Source: Escherichia coli
GTDB lineage: Bacteria; Pseudomonadota; Gammaproteobacteria; Enterobacterales; Enterobacteriaceae
Assembly (NCBI RefSeq): GCF_965641715.1
Contig: NZ_OZ282453.1
Reading direction: 5' to 3' (one strand)
DNA: 64,000 bases
Notes under the pieces: generated by a model
Seen by the model: only the letters and a program-made list of their open reading frames with translations
Database searches by the model: none
What the model was told of the DNA's origin: nothing
In this document: positions 50,978 through 64,000 of the stretch, in pieces
Position numbering within the stretch: the stretch's first letter is position 1
Layout: each line of letters opens with the position of its first letter
Made by a program: the position numbers and the translations under genes

Positions 50978-51171
50978 CACAAGGAAACGTACTTAAGGTG
51001 CGTCCGGTGAACCAGTCGGACGCACCTTTAATAACTATAAATAAGTGTCTGGGCAGATACTATATAAATTAACTTAGTGAATGTTTGTGCTAATAATCAT
51101 CAATTAAATAAATATAATAGCGTTAAGGTTTCCCTATAAAATAATTAATACTCTACTTCAGGAGCAGAATA

Positions 51172-51468
<297 letters not shown>

Positions 51469-51487
51469 TTATACGCGCATTCTTTAC

Positions 51488-52336
51488 TCAGACCAGTTTT
51501 TTCACCAGCGCTTCACTATGACGAATACGTTCTGGTGCCAGTTCCAGATCCTGCTGAATCAGCGCAATGAACAGCAAATCCGTTAACATTCCCTGCGCGT
51601 GACAAGCAGAGATTGAAGCACTGTTTGTCGCTTGTTCTTCGGCAATGGTATACAGGCAATGAGAAGCACGCTGTTGCAGGGCATTGGGAGTAAAGCCGGT
51701 AATCGCCAGCACTTTTCCGCCCACTCGCAGCATCTCATCTGCCGCCAGGTTTAACTCGCGTCGTACACCGGTGTAAGAAATGGCTAATAACAGATCGTCA
51801 GGGGACGACGCCTGTACGGTAGCGAGTAGCGCATGCATATCGCGCACTGCGGCAGCATTGAAGCCAATCTTCATCAGCTTCCAGGCAAAGTTTTGCGCCA
51901 CCAGACCCGAAGCGCCAATACCGGTCAGAATTATCCGCCGCGCAGAGCGCAACATTGTTACGCATTCATGCAGTTTCTCTTCACTATTAACGTTTAGCGT
52001 TGCGTACATAGCGGCAGTATTTTCTTTAATCAGTTTTTCGCCGACCAGCCGTAACGGATCATCACCGCGGATTTGGTTATGAATGGGCACTGAGGGCGAT
52101 TCCGGCTGGCTTGCCAGCGCTTCACTCAACGCCAACTTAAGCGCCGGAAAACCTTTATAGCCGAGTTTTTGCGCGAACTTCACGACGCTGGACTGACTGA
52201 CTCCGGCTTCGTTGGCCAGTTGCTGAGAGCTTAAATGGCGCGCCGTATCAGGTTGTAGCAGCAGATAATCCGCCAGTTTTTTATCACTCTGGGCAAGCCC
52301 CTGGTAACGCTGACGGATACGAAGTAAGCCGTTCAT
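51488..52336 (-). CDS. yfhH: RpiR/MurR-family transcriptional regulator YfhH
   Basis: 282 aa from MNGLLRIRQRYQG; HTH plus SIS domain. Confidence 0.88.
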   Translation of the reverse strand: MNGLLRIRQRYQGLAQSDKKLADYLLLQPDTARHLSSQQLANEAGVSQSSVVKFAQKLGYKGFPALKLALSEALASQPESPSVPIHNQIRGDDPLRLVGEKLIKENTAAMYATLNVNSEEKLHECVTMLRSARRIILTGIGASGLVAQNFAWKLMKIGFNAAAVRDMHALLATVQASSPDDLLLAISYTGVRRELNLAADEMLRVGGKVLAITGFTPNALQQRASHCLYTIAEEQATNSASISACHAQGMLTDLLFIALIQQDLELAPERIRHSEALVKKLV

Positions 52337-52544
52337 ATCTTTCCTCGCGATGAAATAGTGGCGACAACAGGCAATATGAGACACACGCGAGTGAATTTTA
52401 TATTCCATTGCCGCTAATTGCCATGAATTAAAAATTCCAGTTAGCCATGATGCGGTCGATTGTTGCCGGAAAAGTGATGATCTATCTGTTAGGCTATGTA
52501 GTAGCGAAAATTAATCAGGATGTTTCAGTCCAGAGGAGTATGGT

Positions 52545-53180
52545 TTGGCAACTCACGAGCGTCGTGTGGTGTTTTTTGATTTAGATGGAACATTGCATCA
52601 GCAGGATATGTTCGGCAGTTTTCTGCGCTATTTACTGCGTCGCCAACCGCTGAATGCGTTACTTGTCCTGCCGTTGTTGCCGATTATAGCCATTGCGTTA
52701 TTGATAAAAGGTCGTGCGGCACGCTGGCCGATGAGTCTGCTTCTGTGGGGATGCACTTTTGGTCACAATGAAGCGCGTTTGCAGGCGTTGCAGGCCGATT
52801 TCGTACGCTGGTTTCGTGACAATGTTACCGCCTTTCCGCTGGTTCAGGAGCGATTAACCACCTACCTGTTAAGTTCCGATGCTGATATCTGGTTGATTAC
52901 CGGCTCTCCGCAGCCGCTGGTTGAAGCGGTTTATTTCGATACGCCCTGGCTGCCGCGAGTTAATCTTATCGCCAGCCAAATTCAGCGTGGCTATGGTGGT
53001 TGGGTATTGACGATGCGTTGTCTGGGACATGAAAAGGTCGCGCAACTGGAGCGCAAAATCGGCACGCCGCTGCGGCTGTACAGTGGCTATAGCGACAGTA
53101 ATCAGGACAACCCGCTGCTTTACTTTTGCCAGCATCGCTGGCGAGTAACCCCGCGCGGTGAACTCCAGCAACTGGAATAG
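52545..53180 (+). CDS. pgpC: Phosphatidylglycerophosphatase C (YfhB, HAD family)
   Basis: 211 aa with HAD motif FFDLDGTL. Confidence 0.9.
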   Translation: MATHERRVVFFDLDGTLHQQDMFGSFLRYLLRRQPLNALLVLPLLPIIAIALLIKGRAARWPMSLLLWGCTFGHNEARLQALQADFVRWFRDNVTAFPLVQERLTTYLLSSDADIWLITGSPQPLVEAVYFDTPWLPRVNLIASQIQRGYGGWVLTMRCLGHEKVAQLERKIGTPLRLYSGYSDSNQDNPLLYFCQHRWRVTPRGELQQLE

Positions 53181-53192
53181 AGTAAAGCATAG

Positions 53193-55294
<2,102 letters not shown>

Positions 55295-55459
55295 TTAGTT
55301 AATTCTCTGTGTCGTGCGCGTCCCAGCTTGAAAAAACGTAATAATAGTGAAAGGTTTACTCATAAATGAGCGGCATTTTGCGTAAACCTGCGCCAGATGG
55401 CAACTTATTACAGCCATTGGCGGCACGCGTTGCTAATTCACGATGGTGATTTTATTTCC

Positions 55460-55475
55460 ACGCAAACGGTTTCGT
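55460..55475 (+). promoter_or_regulatory. PurR operator (PUR box) upstream of purL
   Basis: acgcaaacggtttcgt, a near-palindromic PUR box, about 80 bp upstream of the purL ATG. Confidence 0.7.
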
Positions 55476-55553
55476 CAGCGCATCAGATTCTTTATAATGA
55501 CGCCCGTTTCCCCCCCCCTTGGGTACACCGAAAGCTTAGAAGACGAGAGACTT

Positions 55554-58500
55554 ATGATGGAAATTCTGCGTGGTTCGCCTGCACTGTCGGCATTCCGAAT
55601 CAACAAACTGCTGGCACGTTTTCAGGCTGCCAGGCTCCCGGTTCACAATATTTACGCCGAGTATGTCCATTTTGCTGACCTCAATGCGCCGTTAAACGGA
55701 GACGCGCACGCACAACTTGAACGCCTGCTGAAATATGGCCCGGCACTCGCCAGCCACGCCCCGCAAGGCAAACTCCTGCTGGTGACCCCGCGTCCTGGCA
55801 CCATCTCTCCCTGGTCTTCGAAAGCGACCGATATTGCCCATAACTGCGGGCTACAACAGGTAAACCGCCTTGAGCGCGGCGTTGCTTACTATATAGAAGC
55901 CGGTACGCTGACCAATGAACAATGGCAGCAGGTTACCGCTGAACTGCACGACCGCATGATGGAAACGGTCTTTTTTGCTTTAGATGATGCAGAGCAGTTG
56001 TTTGCCCACCATCAACCGACTCCGGTTACCAGCGTTGATTTGCTGGGGCAGGGCCGTCAGGCGCTGATCGACGCTAACCTGCGTCTTGGCCTGGCTCTGG
56101 CGGAAGATGAAATTGACTATCTGCAGGATGCTTTCACAAAGCTTGGTCGTAACCCGAACGACATCGAGCTGTATATGTTCGCTCAGGCGAACTCTGAGCA
56201 CTGCCGCCACAAAATTTTTAATGCCGACTGGATTATCGACGGTGAACAGCAGCCGAAATCGCTGTTCAAGATGATCAAAAATACTTTCGAAACCACGCCA
56301 GATCACGTTCTCTCTGCTTATAAAGATAACGCCGCCGTAATGGAAGGTTCTGAAGTGGGCCGCTACTTTGCTGACCACGAAACGGGCCGCTACGATTTCC
56401 ATCAGGAACCGGCGCATATTCTGATGAAAGTCGAAACTCACAACCACCCGACGGCGATTTCTCCGTGGCCGGGCGCGGCGACCGGTTCCGGCGGCGAAAT
56501 TCGTGATGAAGGCGCCACCGGACGCGGCGCGAAGCCGAAAGCGGGTTTGGTTGGTTTCTCCGTTTCCAACCTGCGAATTCCTGGCTTCGAACAGCCGTGG
56601 GAAGAAGATTTCGGTAAGCCTGAGCGCATTGTCACCGCGCTGGACATCATGACCGAAGGCCCGCTGGGCGGCGCGGCGTTTAACAACGAATTTGGTCGTC
56701 CGGCACTGAATGGCTACTTCCGTACTTATGAAGAAAAAGTGAACAGCCACAACGGCGAAGAGCTGCGCGGTTATCACAAACCGATCATGCTGGCGGGCGG
56801 GATCGGCAACATTCGCGCCGATCACGTACAAAAAGGCGAGATCAACGTCGGTGCGAAACTGGTCGTTCTCGGCGGCCCGGCAATGAACATCGGTCTTGGC
56901 GGCGGAGCGGCGTCTTCCATGGCGTCAGGTCAGTCTGATGCCGACCTCGACTTTGCTTCCGTACAGCGCGACAACCCGGAGATGGAGCGTCGCTGCCAGG
57001 AAGTGATCGACCGTTGCTGGCAGCTTGGTGATGCCAACCCAATCCTGTTTATCCACGACGTCGGCGCTGGCGGTCTTTCTAACGCGATGCCGGAACTGGT
57101 GAGCGACGGCGGGCGCGGCGGTAAATTTGAACTGCGCGATATTCTAAGCGACGAACCGGGCATGAGCCCGCTGGAAATCTGGTGTAACGAATCCCAGGAA
57201 CGCTACGTGCTGGCGGTTGCTGCCGATCAATTACCGCTGTTTGACGAACTGTGTAAGCGTGAGCGCGCACCCTACGCGGTGATTGGTGAAGCGACCGAAG
57301 AACTGCATCTTTCTCTGCACGATCGTCATTTTGATAATCAGCCGATCGATCTGCCGCTGGACGTCCTGCTTGGTAAAACGCCGAAGATGACCCGCGATGT
57401 ACAAACGCTGAAAGCGAAGGGCGATGCGCTGGTCCGTGAAGGGATCACCATTGCAGACGCGGTGAAACGCGTACTGCATCTGCCGACCGTGGCGGAGAAA
57501 ACTTTCCTGGTGACCATCGGTGACCGCAGCGTAACCGGCATGGTGGCGCGCGATCAGATGGTGGGGCCGTGGCAGGTGCCGGTCGCTAACTGCGCTGTCA
57601 CTACCGCCAGCCTCGACAGCTACTACGGTGAAGCGATGGCGATTGGCGAGCGTGCGCCGGTTGCGCTGCTGGATTTCGCCGCCTCTGCCCGTCTGGCGGT
57701 CGGTGAAGCGTTAACCAATATTGCCGCAACACAGATTGGCGATATCAAACGCATTAAACTTTCCGCCAACTGGATGGCGGCGGCAGGCCACCCTGGTGAA
57801 GATGCGGGCCTGTATGAAGCCGTTAAAGCCGTGGGCGAAGAGCTTTGTCCGGCGCTGGGCCTGACGATCCCGGTGGGTAAAGACTCTATGTCGATGAAAA
57901 CCCGCTGGCAGGAAGGTAACGAAGAGCGCGAAATGACGTCGCCGCTGTCGCTGGTGATTTCTGCATTTGCCCGCGTGGAAGATGTACGTCACACCATCAC
58001 GCCGCAGCTTTCTACCGAAGATAACGCACTGCTGCTGATTGATTTGGGCAAAGGCAATAACGCGCTGGGCGCAACGGCGCTGGCGCAGGTTTATCGTCAG
58101 CTTGGCGACAAACCGGCAGATGTACGCGATGTCGCGCAACTGAAAGGCTTCTATGACGCGATTCAGGCGCTGGTTGCACAGCGTAAGCTGCTGGCGTATC
58201 ACGACCGCTCTGATGGCGGTCTGCTGGTAACGCTGGCGGAAATGGCCTTTGCTGGTCATTGCGGCATTGACGCGGATATCGCCACTCTGGGTGACGATCG
58301 CCTGGCGGCGTTGTTTAACGAAGAACTGGGTGCGGTCATTCAGGTTCGTGCCGCTGACCGTGAAGCGGTCGAGTCCGTACTGGCACAGCATGGGCTTGCG
58401 GATTGCGTCCATTATGTTGGGCAGGCGGTTTCCGGTGACCGTTTTGTGATTACCGCCAACGGGCAGACTGTATTCAGCGAAAGCCGCACTACGTTGCGTG

Positions 58501-59441
58501 TCTGGTGGGCAGAAACTACCTGGCAGATGCAGCGCCTGCGTGACAACCCGGAGTGTGCCGACCAGGAGCACCAGGCGAAATCAAACGACGCCGATCCTGG
58601 CCTGAATGTGAAACTGTCGTTCGATATCAACGAAGATGTGGCAGCACCGTATATTGCCACTGGCGCACGTCCGAAAGTTGCCGTGCTGCGTGAGCAGGGT
58701 GTGAACTCACATGTTGAAATGGCGGCAGCCTTCCACCGTGCAGGCTTCGATGCAATCGATGTGCATATGAGCGACCTGCTGGCTGGACGCACGGGCCTGG
58801 AGGATTTTCACGCCCTGGTCGCGTGCGGAGGTTTCTCCTACGGTGATGTGCTGGGTGCCGGTGAAGGTTGGGCGAAGTCTATCCTGTTCAATGACCGTGT
58901 ACGCGATGAGTTTGCAACCTTCTTCCACCGTCCGCAAACGCTGGCGCTGGGGGTATGTAACGGTTGCCAGATGATGTCTAATCTGCGTGAACTGATCCCA
59001 GGTAGTGAGTTGTGGCCACGTTTTGTGCGCAATACCTCCGATCGCTTTGAAGCGCGTTTCAGCCTGGTTGAAGTGACCCAAAGCCCGTCGCTGCTGTTGC
59101 AGGGGATGGTGGGCTCGCAAATGCCGATTGCTGTCTCTCATGGTGAAGGGCGCGTGGAAGTGCGTGATGCGGCGCATCTGGCGGCACTGGAAAGCAAAGG
59201 GCTGGTGGCACTGCGCTATGTCGATAACTTCGGCAAAGTCACTGAAACCTACCCGGCTAACCCGAACGGTTCTCCGAACGGTATTACGGCGGTCACGACT
59301 GAAAGCGGTCGAGTCACCATTATGATGCCGCACCCGGAACGTGTTTTCCGTACTGTCAGCAACTCCTGGCATCCTGAAAACTGGGGCGAGGATGGCCCAT
59401 GGATGCGCATTTTCCGCAATGCACGTAAGCAGTTGGGGTAA
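55554..59441 (+). CDS. purL: Phosphoribosylformylglycinamidine synthase
   Basis: 1295 aa from [23 protein letters not shown]; large single-chain FGAM synthase. Confidence 0.98.
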   Translation: MMEILRGSPALSAFRINKLLARFQAARLPVHNIYAEYVHFADLNAPLNGDAHAQLERLLKYGPALASHAPQGKLLLVTPRPGTISPWSSKATDIAHNCGLQQVNRLERGVAYYIEAGTLTNEQWQQVTAELHDRMMETVFFALDDAEQLFAHHQPTPVTSVDLLGQGRQALIDANLRLGLALAEDEIDYLQDAFTKLGRNPNDIELYMFAQANSEHCRHKIFNADWIIDGEQQPKSLFKMIKNTFETTPDHVLSAYKDNAAVMEGSEVGRYFADHETGRYDFHQEPAHILMKVETHNHPTAISPWPGAATGSGGEIRDEGATGRGAKPKAGLVGFSVSNLRIPGFEQPWEEDFGKPERIVTALDIMTEGPLGGAAFNNEFGRPALNGYFRTYEEKVNSHNGEELRGYHKPIMLAGGIGNIRADHVQKGEINVGAKLVVLGGPAMNIGLGGGAASSMASGQSDADLDFASVQRDNPEMERRCQEVIDRCWQLGDANPILFIHDVGAGGLSNAMPELVSDGGRGGKFELRDILSDEPGMSPLEIWCNESQERYVLAVAADQLPLFDELCKRERAPYAVIGEATEELHLSLHDRHFDNQPIDLPLDVLLGKTPKMTRDVQTLKAKGDALVREGITIADAVKRVLHLPTVAEKTFLVTIGDRSVTGMVARDQMVGPWQVPVANCAVTTASLDSYYGEAMAIGERAPVALLDFAASARLAVGEALTNIAATQIGDIKRIKLSANWMAAAGHPGEDAGLYEAVKAVGEELCPALGLTIPVGKDSMSMKTRWQEGNEEREMTSPLSLVISAFARVEDVRHTITPQLSTEDNALLLIDLGKGNNALGATALAQVYRQLGDKPADVRDVAQLKGFYDAIQALVAQRKLLAYHDRSDGGLLVTLAEMAFAGHCGIDADIATLGDDRLAALFNEELGAVIQVRAADREAVESVLAQHGLADCVHYVGQAVSGDRFVITANGQTVFSESRTTLRVWWAETTWQMQRLRDNPECADQEHQAKSNDADPGLNVKLSFDINEDVAAPYIATGARPKVAVLREQGVNSHVEMAAAFHRAGFDAIDVHMSDLLAGRTGLEDFHALVACGGFSYGDVLGAGEGWAKSILFNDRVRDEFATFFHRPQTLALGVCNGCQMMSNLRELIPGSELWPRFVRNTSDRFEARFSLVEVTQSPSLLLQGMVGSQMPIAVSHGEGRVEVRDAAHLAALESKGLVALRYVDNFGKVTETYPANPNGSPNGITAVTTESGRVTIMMPHPERVFRTVSNSWHPENWGEDGPWMRIFRNARKQLG

Positions 59442-59462
59442 GTCGTCAGCCCATTGGTTTTG

Positions 59463-59495
59463 CAGCCCGGATGAGGCATTCACGCCGCATCCGGC
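59463..59495. repeat. REP palindromic element
   Basis: gcccggatgaggcattcacgccgcatccggc is the typical REP inverted repeat. Confidence 0.6.
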
Positions 59496-59518
59496 ATTAA
59501 ATACTAACCGCTATTATA

Positions 59519-59544
59519 AGCTCCCAACTCAGGGAGCTTTTTTG
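59519..59544 (+). terminator. purL intrinsic terminator
   Basis: agctccc-aactca-gggagct followed by TTTTTTG. Confidence 0.75.
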
Positions 59545-60016
59545 TGTCTGTAAATCACGACAATGGGTGGTTTGCTGTGTCGCTTTTTGGTGACATTTAA
59601 CTCATTGATTTTAATGTCATCTAATAAGTTTTTCTTAAGTTGTCTCTTTTTAGCGACACAGTGGCTGATTTACATTCAAATAGCGGGGAAGCCATAAACC
59701 CCTCAAAGCAACGTATAATCAGTACGTTACCAAACTATTTTCTTTATTGGCACAGTTACTGCATAATAGTAACCAGTGGCTCATTCACCGACTTATGTCA
59801 GCCCCTTCGGGACGTGCTACATAAAATTCGAATGACGCACAACAAGGTGCCTGCCGTCCAACTTCTGATATCAGCGTAGCTATATCAACCATCGGGCGAA
59901 ACGTCGAGTTAGGCACCGCCTTATTCCATAACAAAGCCGGGTAATTCCCGGCTTTGTTGTATCTGAACTTCCCCTCGGTTAGCATCAGGCTATTCGCGTC
60001 TGACGAGAGTAACACC

Positions 60017-61444
60017 TTGAAACGCTGGCCCGTTTTTCCCCGCTCATTACGACAACTGGTAATGCTGGCATTTTTGCTGATTCTGCTACCCCTGTTGGTG
60101 CTGGCATGGCAAGCCTGGCAAAGCCTGAATGCGCTTAGCGACCAGGCGGCGCTGGTCAACCGCACCACGCTTATCGATGCCCGGCGCAGTGAAGCGATGA
60201 CCAACGCGGCACTGGAGATGGAGCGTAGCTACCGTCAGTATTGCGTGCTGGACGACCCTACGCTTGCGAAGGTTTATCAAAGCCAGCGCAAGCGTTACAG
60301 CGAAATGCTCGATGCCCACGCAGGCGTACTGCCAGACGATAAACTTTACCAGGCATTGCGTCAGGATTTGAACAATCTGGCCCAACTTCAGTGTAACAAC
60401 AGTGGTCCCGATGCTGCCGCCGCCGCGCGTCTTGAAGCCTTTGCCAGTGCCAATACCGAAATGGTGCAGGCCACGCGCACCGTGGTGTTCTCTCGTGGGC
60501 AGCAACTTCAGCGTGAAATCGCCGAACGTGGGCAATATTTTGGTTGGCAATCGCTGGTGCTATTTCTGGTGAGTCTGGTAATGGTACTGCTTTTCACGCG
60601 AATGATTATCGGTCCGGTGAAAAATATCGAGAGGATGATCAACCGGTTGGGGGAAGGGCGTTCTCTGGGCAATAGCGTTTCGTTCAGTGGACCGAGCGAG
60701 TTACGCTCGGTTGGGCAACGTATTCTTTGGTTAAGTGAGCGCCTGTCATGGCTGGAATCCCAACGCCATCAATTTTTAAGACATTTATCTCATGAATTAA
60801 AAACGCCACTGGCGAGTATGCGCGAGGGCACTGAATTACTGGCTGATCAGGTTGTCGGGCCGCTTACGCCAGAGCAAAAAGAGGTGGTGAGCATTCTTGA
60901 TAGCAGCAGCCGCAATTTGCAAAAACTGATCGAACAACTGCTTGATTACAACCGTAAACAGGCGGACAGTGCGGTGGAACTGGAGAATGTTGAATTAGCA
61001 CCGCTGGTGGAGACAGTGGTTTCTGCTCATAGCCTGCCCGCACGGGCTAAAATGATGCATACCGACGTCGATCTCAAAGCAACAGCTTGCCTGGCGGAGC
61101 CAATGCTGCTGATGAGCGTACTGGATAATCTTTACTCCAATGCGGTGCACTACGGGGCTGAATCCGGTAACATTTGCCTTCGCAGCAGTTTACATGGTGC
61201 GCGGGTTTATATTGATGTTATCAATACAGGCGCGCCCATTCCGCAAGAGGAACGCGCCATGATCTTCGAACCCTTTTTTCAGGGAAGCCACCAGCGAAAA
61301 GGGGCGGTGAAGGGCAGCGGTCTGGGATTAAGCATTGCCAGGGATTGTATTCGCCGTATGCAAGGGGAACTGTATCTGGTCGACGAGAGCGGGCAAGACG
61401 TTTGTTTCCGCATTGAATTACCGTCGTCGAAAAACACGAAATAA
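60017..61444 (+). CDS. glrK: Sensor histidine kinase GlrK/QseE (YfhK)
   Basis: 475 aa, two transmembrane segments, HAMP, HELKTPL H-box, ATPase domain. TTG start assumed to give (M)KRWPVF. Confidence 0.9.
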   Translation: MKRWPVFPRSLRQLVMLAFLLILLPLLVLAWQAWQSLNALSDQAALVNRTTLIDARRSEAMTNAALEMERSYRQYCVLDDPTLAKVYQSQRKRYSEMLDAHAGVLPDDKLYQALRQDLNNLAQLQCNNSGPDAAAAARLEAFASANTEMVQATRTVVFSRGQQLQREIAERGQYFGWQSLVLFLVSLVMVLLFTRMIIGPVKNIERMINRLGEGRSLGNSVSFSGPSELRSVGQRILWLSERLSWLESQRHQFLRHLSHELKTPLASMREGTELLADQVVGPLTPEQKEVVSILDSSSRNLQKLIEQLLDYNRKQADSAVELENVELAPLVETVVSAHSLPARAKMMHTDVDLKATACLAEPMLLMSVLDNLYSNAVHYGAESGNICLRSSLHGARVYIDVINTGAPIPQEERAMIFEPFFQGSHQRKGAVKGSGLGLSIARDCIRRMQGELYLVDESGQDVCFRIELPSSKNTK

Positions 61445-61608
61445 TGCTAACAGCCTATCCCATCAGGCTATTTTATTTGTCAGTTCGGCCCCGGGCAGTG
61501 CTCGAAATCCTCACGTACGACATGTACGCTCCGGTTTCTCCGCGCTGTCCATGTCCAAACTGTCTGCAACAATTACGCCCACTGGGATAGGCTTTAAGTC
61601 TGGTGAAT

Positions 61609-62322
61609 ATGCGACACATTTTTCAACGATTATTGCCCCGACGGCTGTGGCTGGCAGGGCTGCCATGTCTGGCATTGCTGGGTTGCGTGCAGAATCACAA
61701 TAAGCCAGCCATTGATACGCCAGCAGAAGAAAAAATTCCGGTTTATCAACTGGCTGACTATCTTTCTACTGAATGTAGCGACATCTGGGCGCTGCAAGGT
61801 AAATCAACCGAAACCAATCCGCTTTACTGGCTGCGGGCGATGGATTGTGCTGATCGTTTAATGCCTGCGCAGTCGCGTCAGCAAGCCCGCCAATATGACG
61901 ACGGCAGCTGGCAAAATACCTTTAAACAAGGGATTTTGCTCGCCGACGCCAAAATTACACCGTATGAGCGCCGCCAGCTGGTCGCGCGCATTGATGCGCT
62001 AAGTACCGAGATCCCGGCACAGGTTCGGCCTCTATATCAACTCTGGCGCGACGGTCAGGCGCTGCAACTGCAACTGGCGGAAGAGCGCCAACGCTACGGC
62101 AAACTCCAGCAATCCAGCGACAGCGAGCTGGATACTTTGCGCCAGCAACATCACGTTCTACAACAGCAGCTGGAACTCACCACCCGCAAGCTGGAAAACC
62201 TGACCGATATTGAACGCCAGCTCTCAACTCGCAAACCGGCTGGAAATTTCTCGCCGGATACGCCGCACGAGGGTGAAAAGCCCGCGCCATCCACCCATGA
62301 GGTCACTCCTGATGAGCCATAA
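61609..62322 (+). CDS. qseG: Lipoprotein QseG (YfhG)
   Basis: 237 aa from MRHIFQRLLP, lipobox LLGCVQ, Gln-rich coiled-coil C-terminus. Confidence 0.88.
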   Translation: MRHIFQRLLPRRLWLAGLPCLALLGCVQNHNKPAIDTPAEEKIPVYQLADYLSTECSDIWALQGKSTETNPLYWLRAMDCADRLMPAQSRQQARQYDDGSWQNTFKQGILLADAKITPYERRQLVARIDALSTEIPAQVRPLYQLWRDGQALQLQLAEERQRYGKLQQSSDSELDTLRQQHHVLQQQLELTTRKLENLTDIERQLSTRKPAGNFSPDTPHEGEKPAPSTHEVTPDEP

Positions 62323-63646
62323 ACCTGCGCATTTATTATTGGTCGATGACGATCCGGGATTGCTGAAACTGCTTGGCCTGCGCCTGACCAGCGAAGGCTA
62401 CAGTGTGGTCACGGCGGAAAGTGGCGCTGAAGGATTACGGGTACTGAATCGCGAAAAAGTAGATTTAGTCATCAGCGACCTGCGGATGGATGAAATGGAC
62501 GGTATGCAGCTGTTTGCTGAAATCCAGAAAGTGCAGCCGGGAATGCCAGTAATTATTCTTACCGCGCATGGTTCTATTCCCGATGCCGTTGCTGCAACAC
62601 AGAAGGGCGTGTTCAGTTTCCTCACCAAGCCTGTCGATAAAGATGCGCTATATCAGGCAATTGACGATGCGCTGGAGCAATCCGCGCCAGCCACCGACGA
62701 ACGCTGGCGCGAGGCGATTGTCACCCGCAGCCCGCTGATGCTGCGTTTGCTGGAACAGGCGCGGCTGGTGGCGCAATCAGACGTCAGCGTTTTGATTAAT
62801 GGCCAGAGCGGCACCGGGAAAGAGATTTTCGCCCAGGCTATCCACAACGCCAGCCCGCGCAATAGCAAACCATTTATTGCTATTAACTGTGGTGCATTGC
62901 CTGAGCAATTGCTGGAGTCGGAGCTGTTTGGTCATGCGCGTGGCGCGTTTACTGGCGCTGTCAGCAATCGCGAAGGTTTATTCCAGGCAGCGGAAGGCGG
63001 TACGCTGTTTCTCGATGAGATTGGCGATATGCCCGCACCGTTGCAGGTCAAACTGCTGCGCGTGTTGCAGGAGCGTAAAGTGCGCCCGCTGGGCAGTAAC
63101 CGCGATATTGATATCGACGTGCGGATTATTTCCGCCACTCACCGCGACCTGCCAAAAGCGATGGTGCGCGGGGAATTCCGTGAAGATCTCTATTACCGCC
63201 TTAACGTTGTCAGCCTGAAAATTCCGGCTCTGGCAGAGCGCACAGAAGACATTCCGCTACTGGCAAATCACCTGTTGCGCCAGGCGGCAGAGCGACATAA
63301 ACCGTTTGTCCGCGCGTTCTCCACCGATGCAATGAAACGCCTGATGACCGCGAGCTGGCCGGGTAATGTGCGCCAGTTGGTCAACGTGATTGAACAGTGC
63401 GTGGCGCTGACCTCATCTCCGGTGATTAGTGATGCATTAGTAGAGCAGGCGCTGGAGGGCGAAAATACGGCGCTGCCAACCTTTGTTGAGGCACGTAATC
63501 AGTTTGAACTCAACTATTTGCGTAAGCTGCTGCAAATTACCAAAGGCAACGTCACCCACGCGGCGAGAATGGCGGGGCGCAACCGGACAGAATTTTATAA
63601 ACTGCTTTCCCGACACGAGCTGGATGCAAACGATTTCAAGGAATGA
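62312..63646 (+). CDS. glrR: Sigma-54 dependent response regulator GlrR/QseF (YfhA)
   Basis: 444 aa from [14 protein letters not shown]; receiver domain, AAA+ sigma-54 activator core (GAFTGA), C-terminal HTH. Confidence 0.95.
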   Translation: MSHKPAHLLLVDDDPGLLKLLGLRLTSEGYSVVTAESGAEGLRVLNREKVDLVISDLRMDEMDGMQLFAEIQKVQPGMPVIILTAHGSIPDAVAATQKGVFSFLTKPVDKDALYQAIDDALEQSAPATDERWREAIVTRSPLMLRLLEQARLVAQSDVSVLINGQSGTGKEIFAQAIHNASPRNSKPFIAINCGALPEQLLESELFGHARGAFTGAVSNREGLFQAAEGGTLFLDEIGDMPAPLQVKLLRVLQERKVRPLGSNRDIDIDVRIISATHRDLPKAMVRGEFREDLYYRLNVVSLKIPALAERTEDIPLLANHLLRQAAERHKPFVRAFSTDAMKRLMTASWPGNVRQLVNVIEQCVALTSSPVISDALVEQALEGENTALPTFVEARNQFELNYLRKLLQITKGNVTHAARMAGRNRTEFYKLLSRHELDANDFKE

Positions 63647-63670
63647 ATTGGCGTTATGTGTTACGTTTAG

Positions 63671-64000
<330 letters not shown>

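Overview
This window is an Escherichia coli chromosomal segment in two parts. Positions 1 to about 13,800 are the right-hand end of a P2-family prophage; 13,800 to 64,000 is conserved core genome in K-12 gene order (raiA through glnB, including the rrnG operon). The prophage part carries a tail-fibre gene with a Mu/P1/e14-style invertible host-range cassette and a Pin/Gin-family invertase, a tail sheath–tube–tape-measure block, gpD, ogr, a Hok-family type I toxin locus, and a Mu com-like zinc finger coupled to a DNA methyltransferase. The most interesting signals are all in the prophage: the hok/mok locus (not in the ORF track), the com–methyltransferase module preceded by three GATCGAT repeats, and the tail block FI-FII-E-T-U lying inverted relative to canonical P2 order. 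The core genome looks ordinary; the only extra there is the known shoB type I toxin. All calls rest on reading the sequence and on recalled family and K-12 knowledge; no database search was run.
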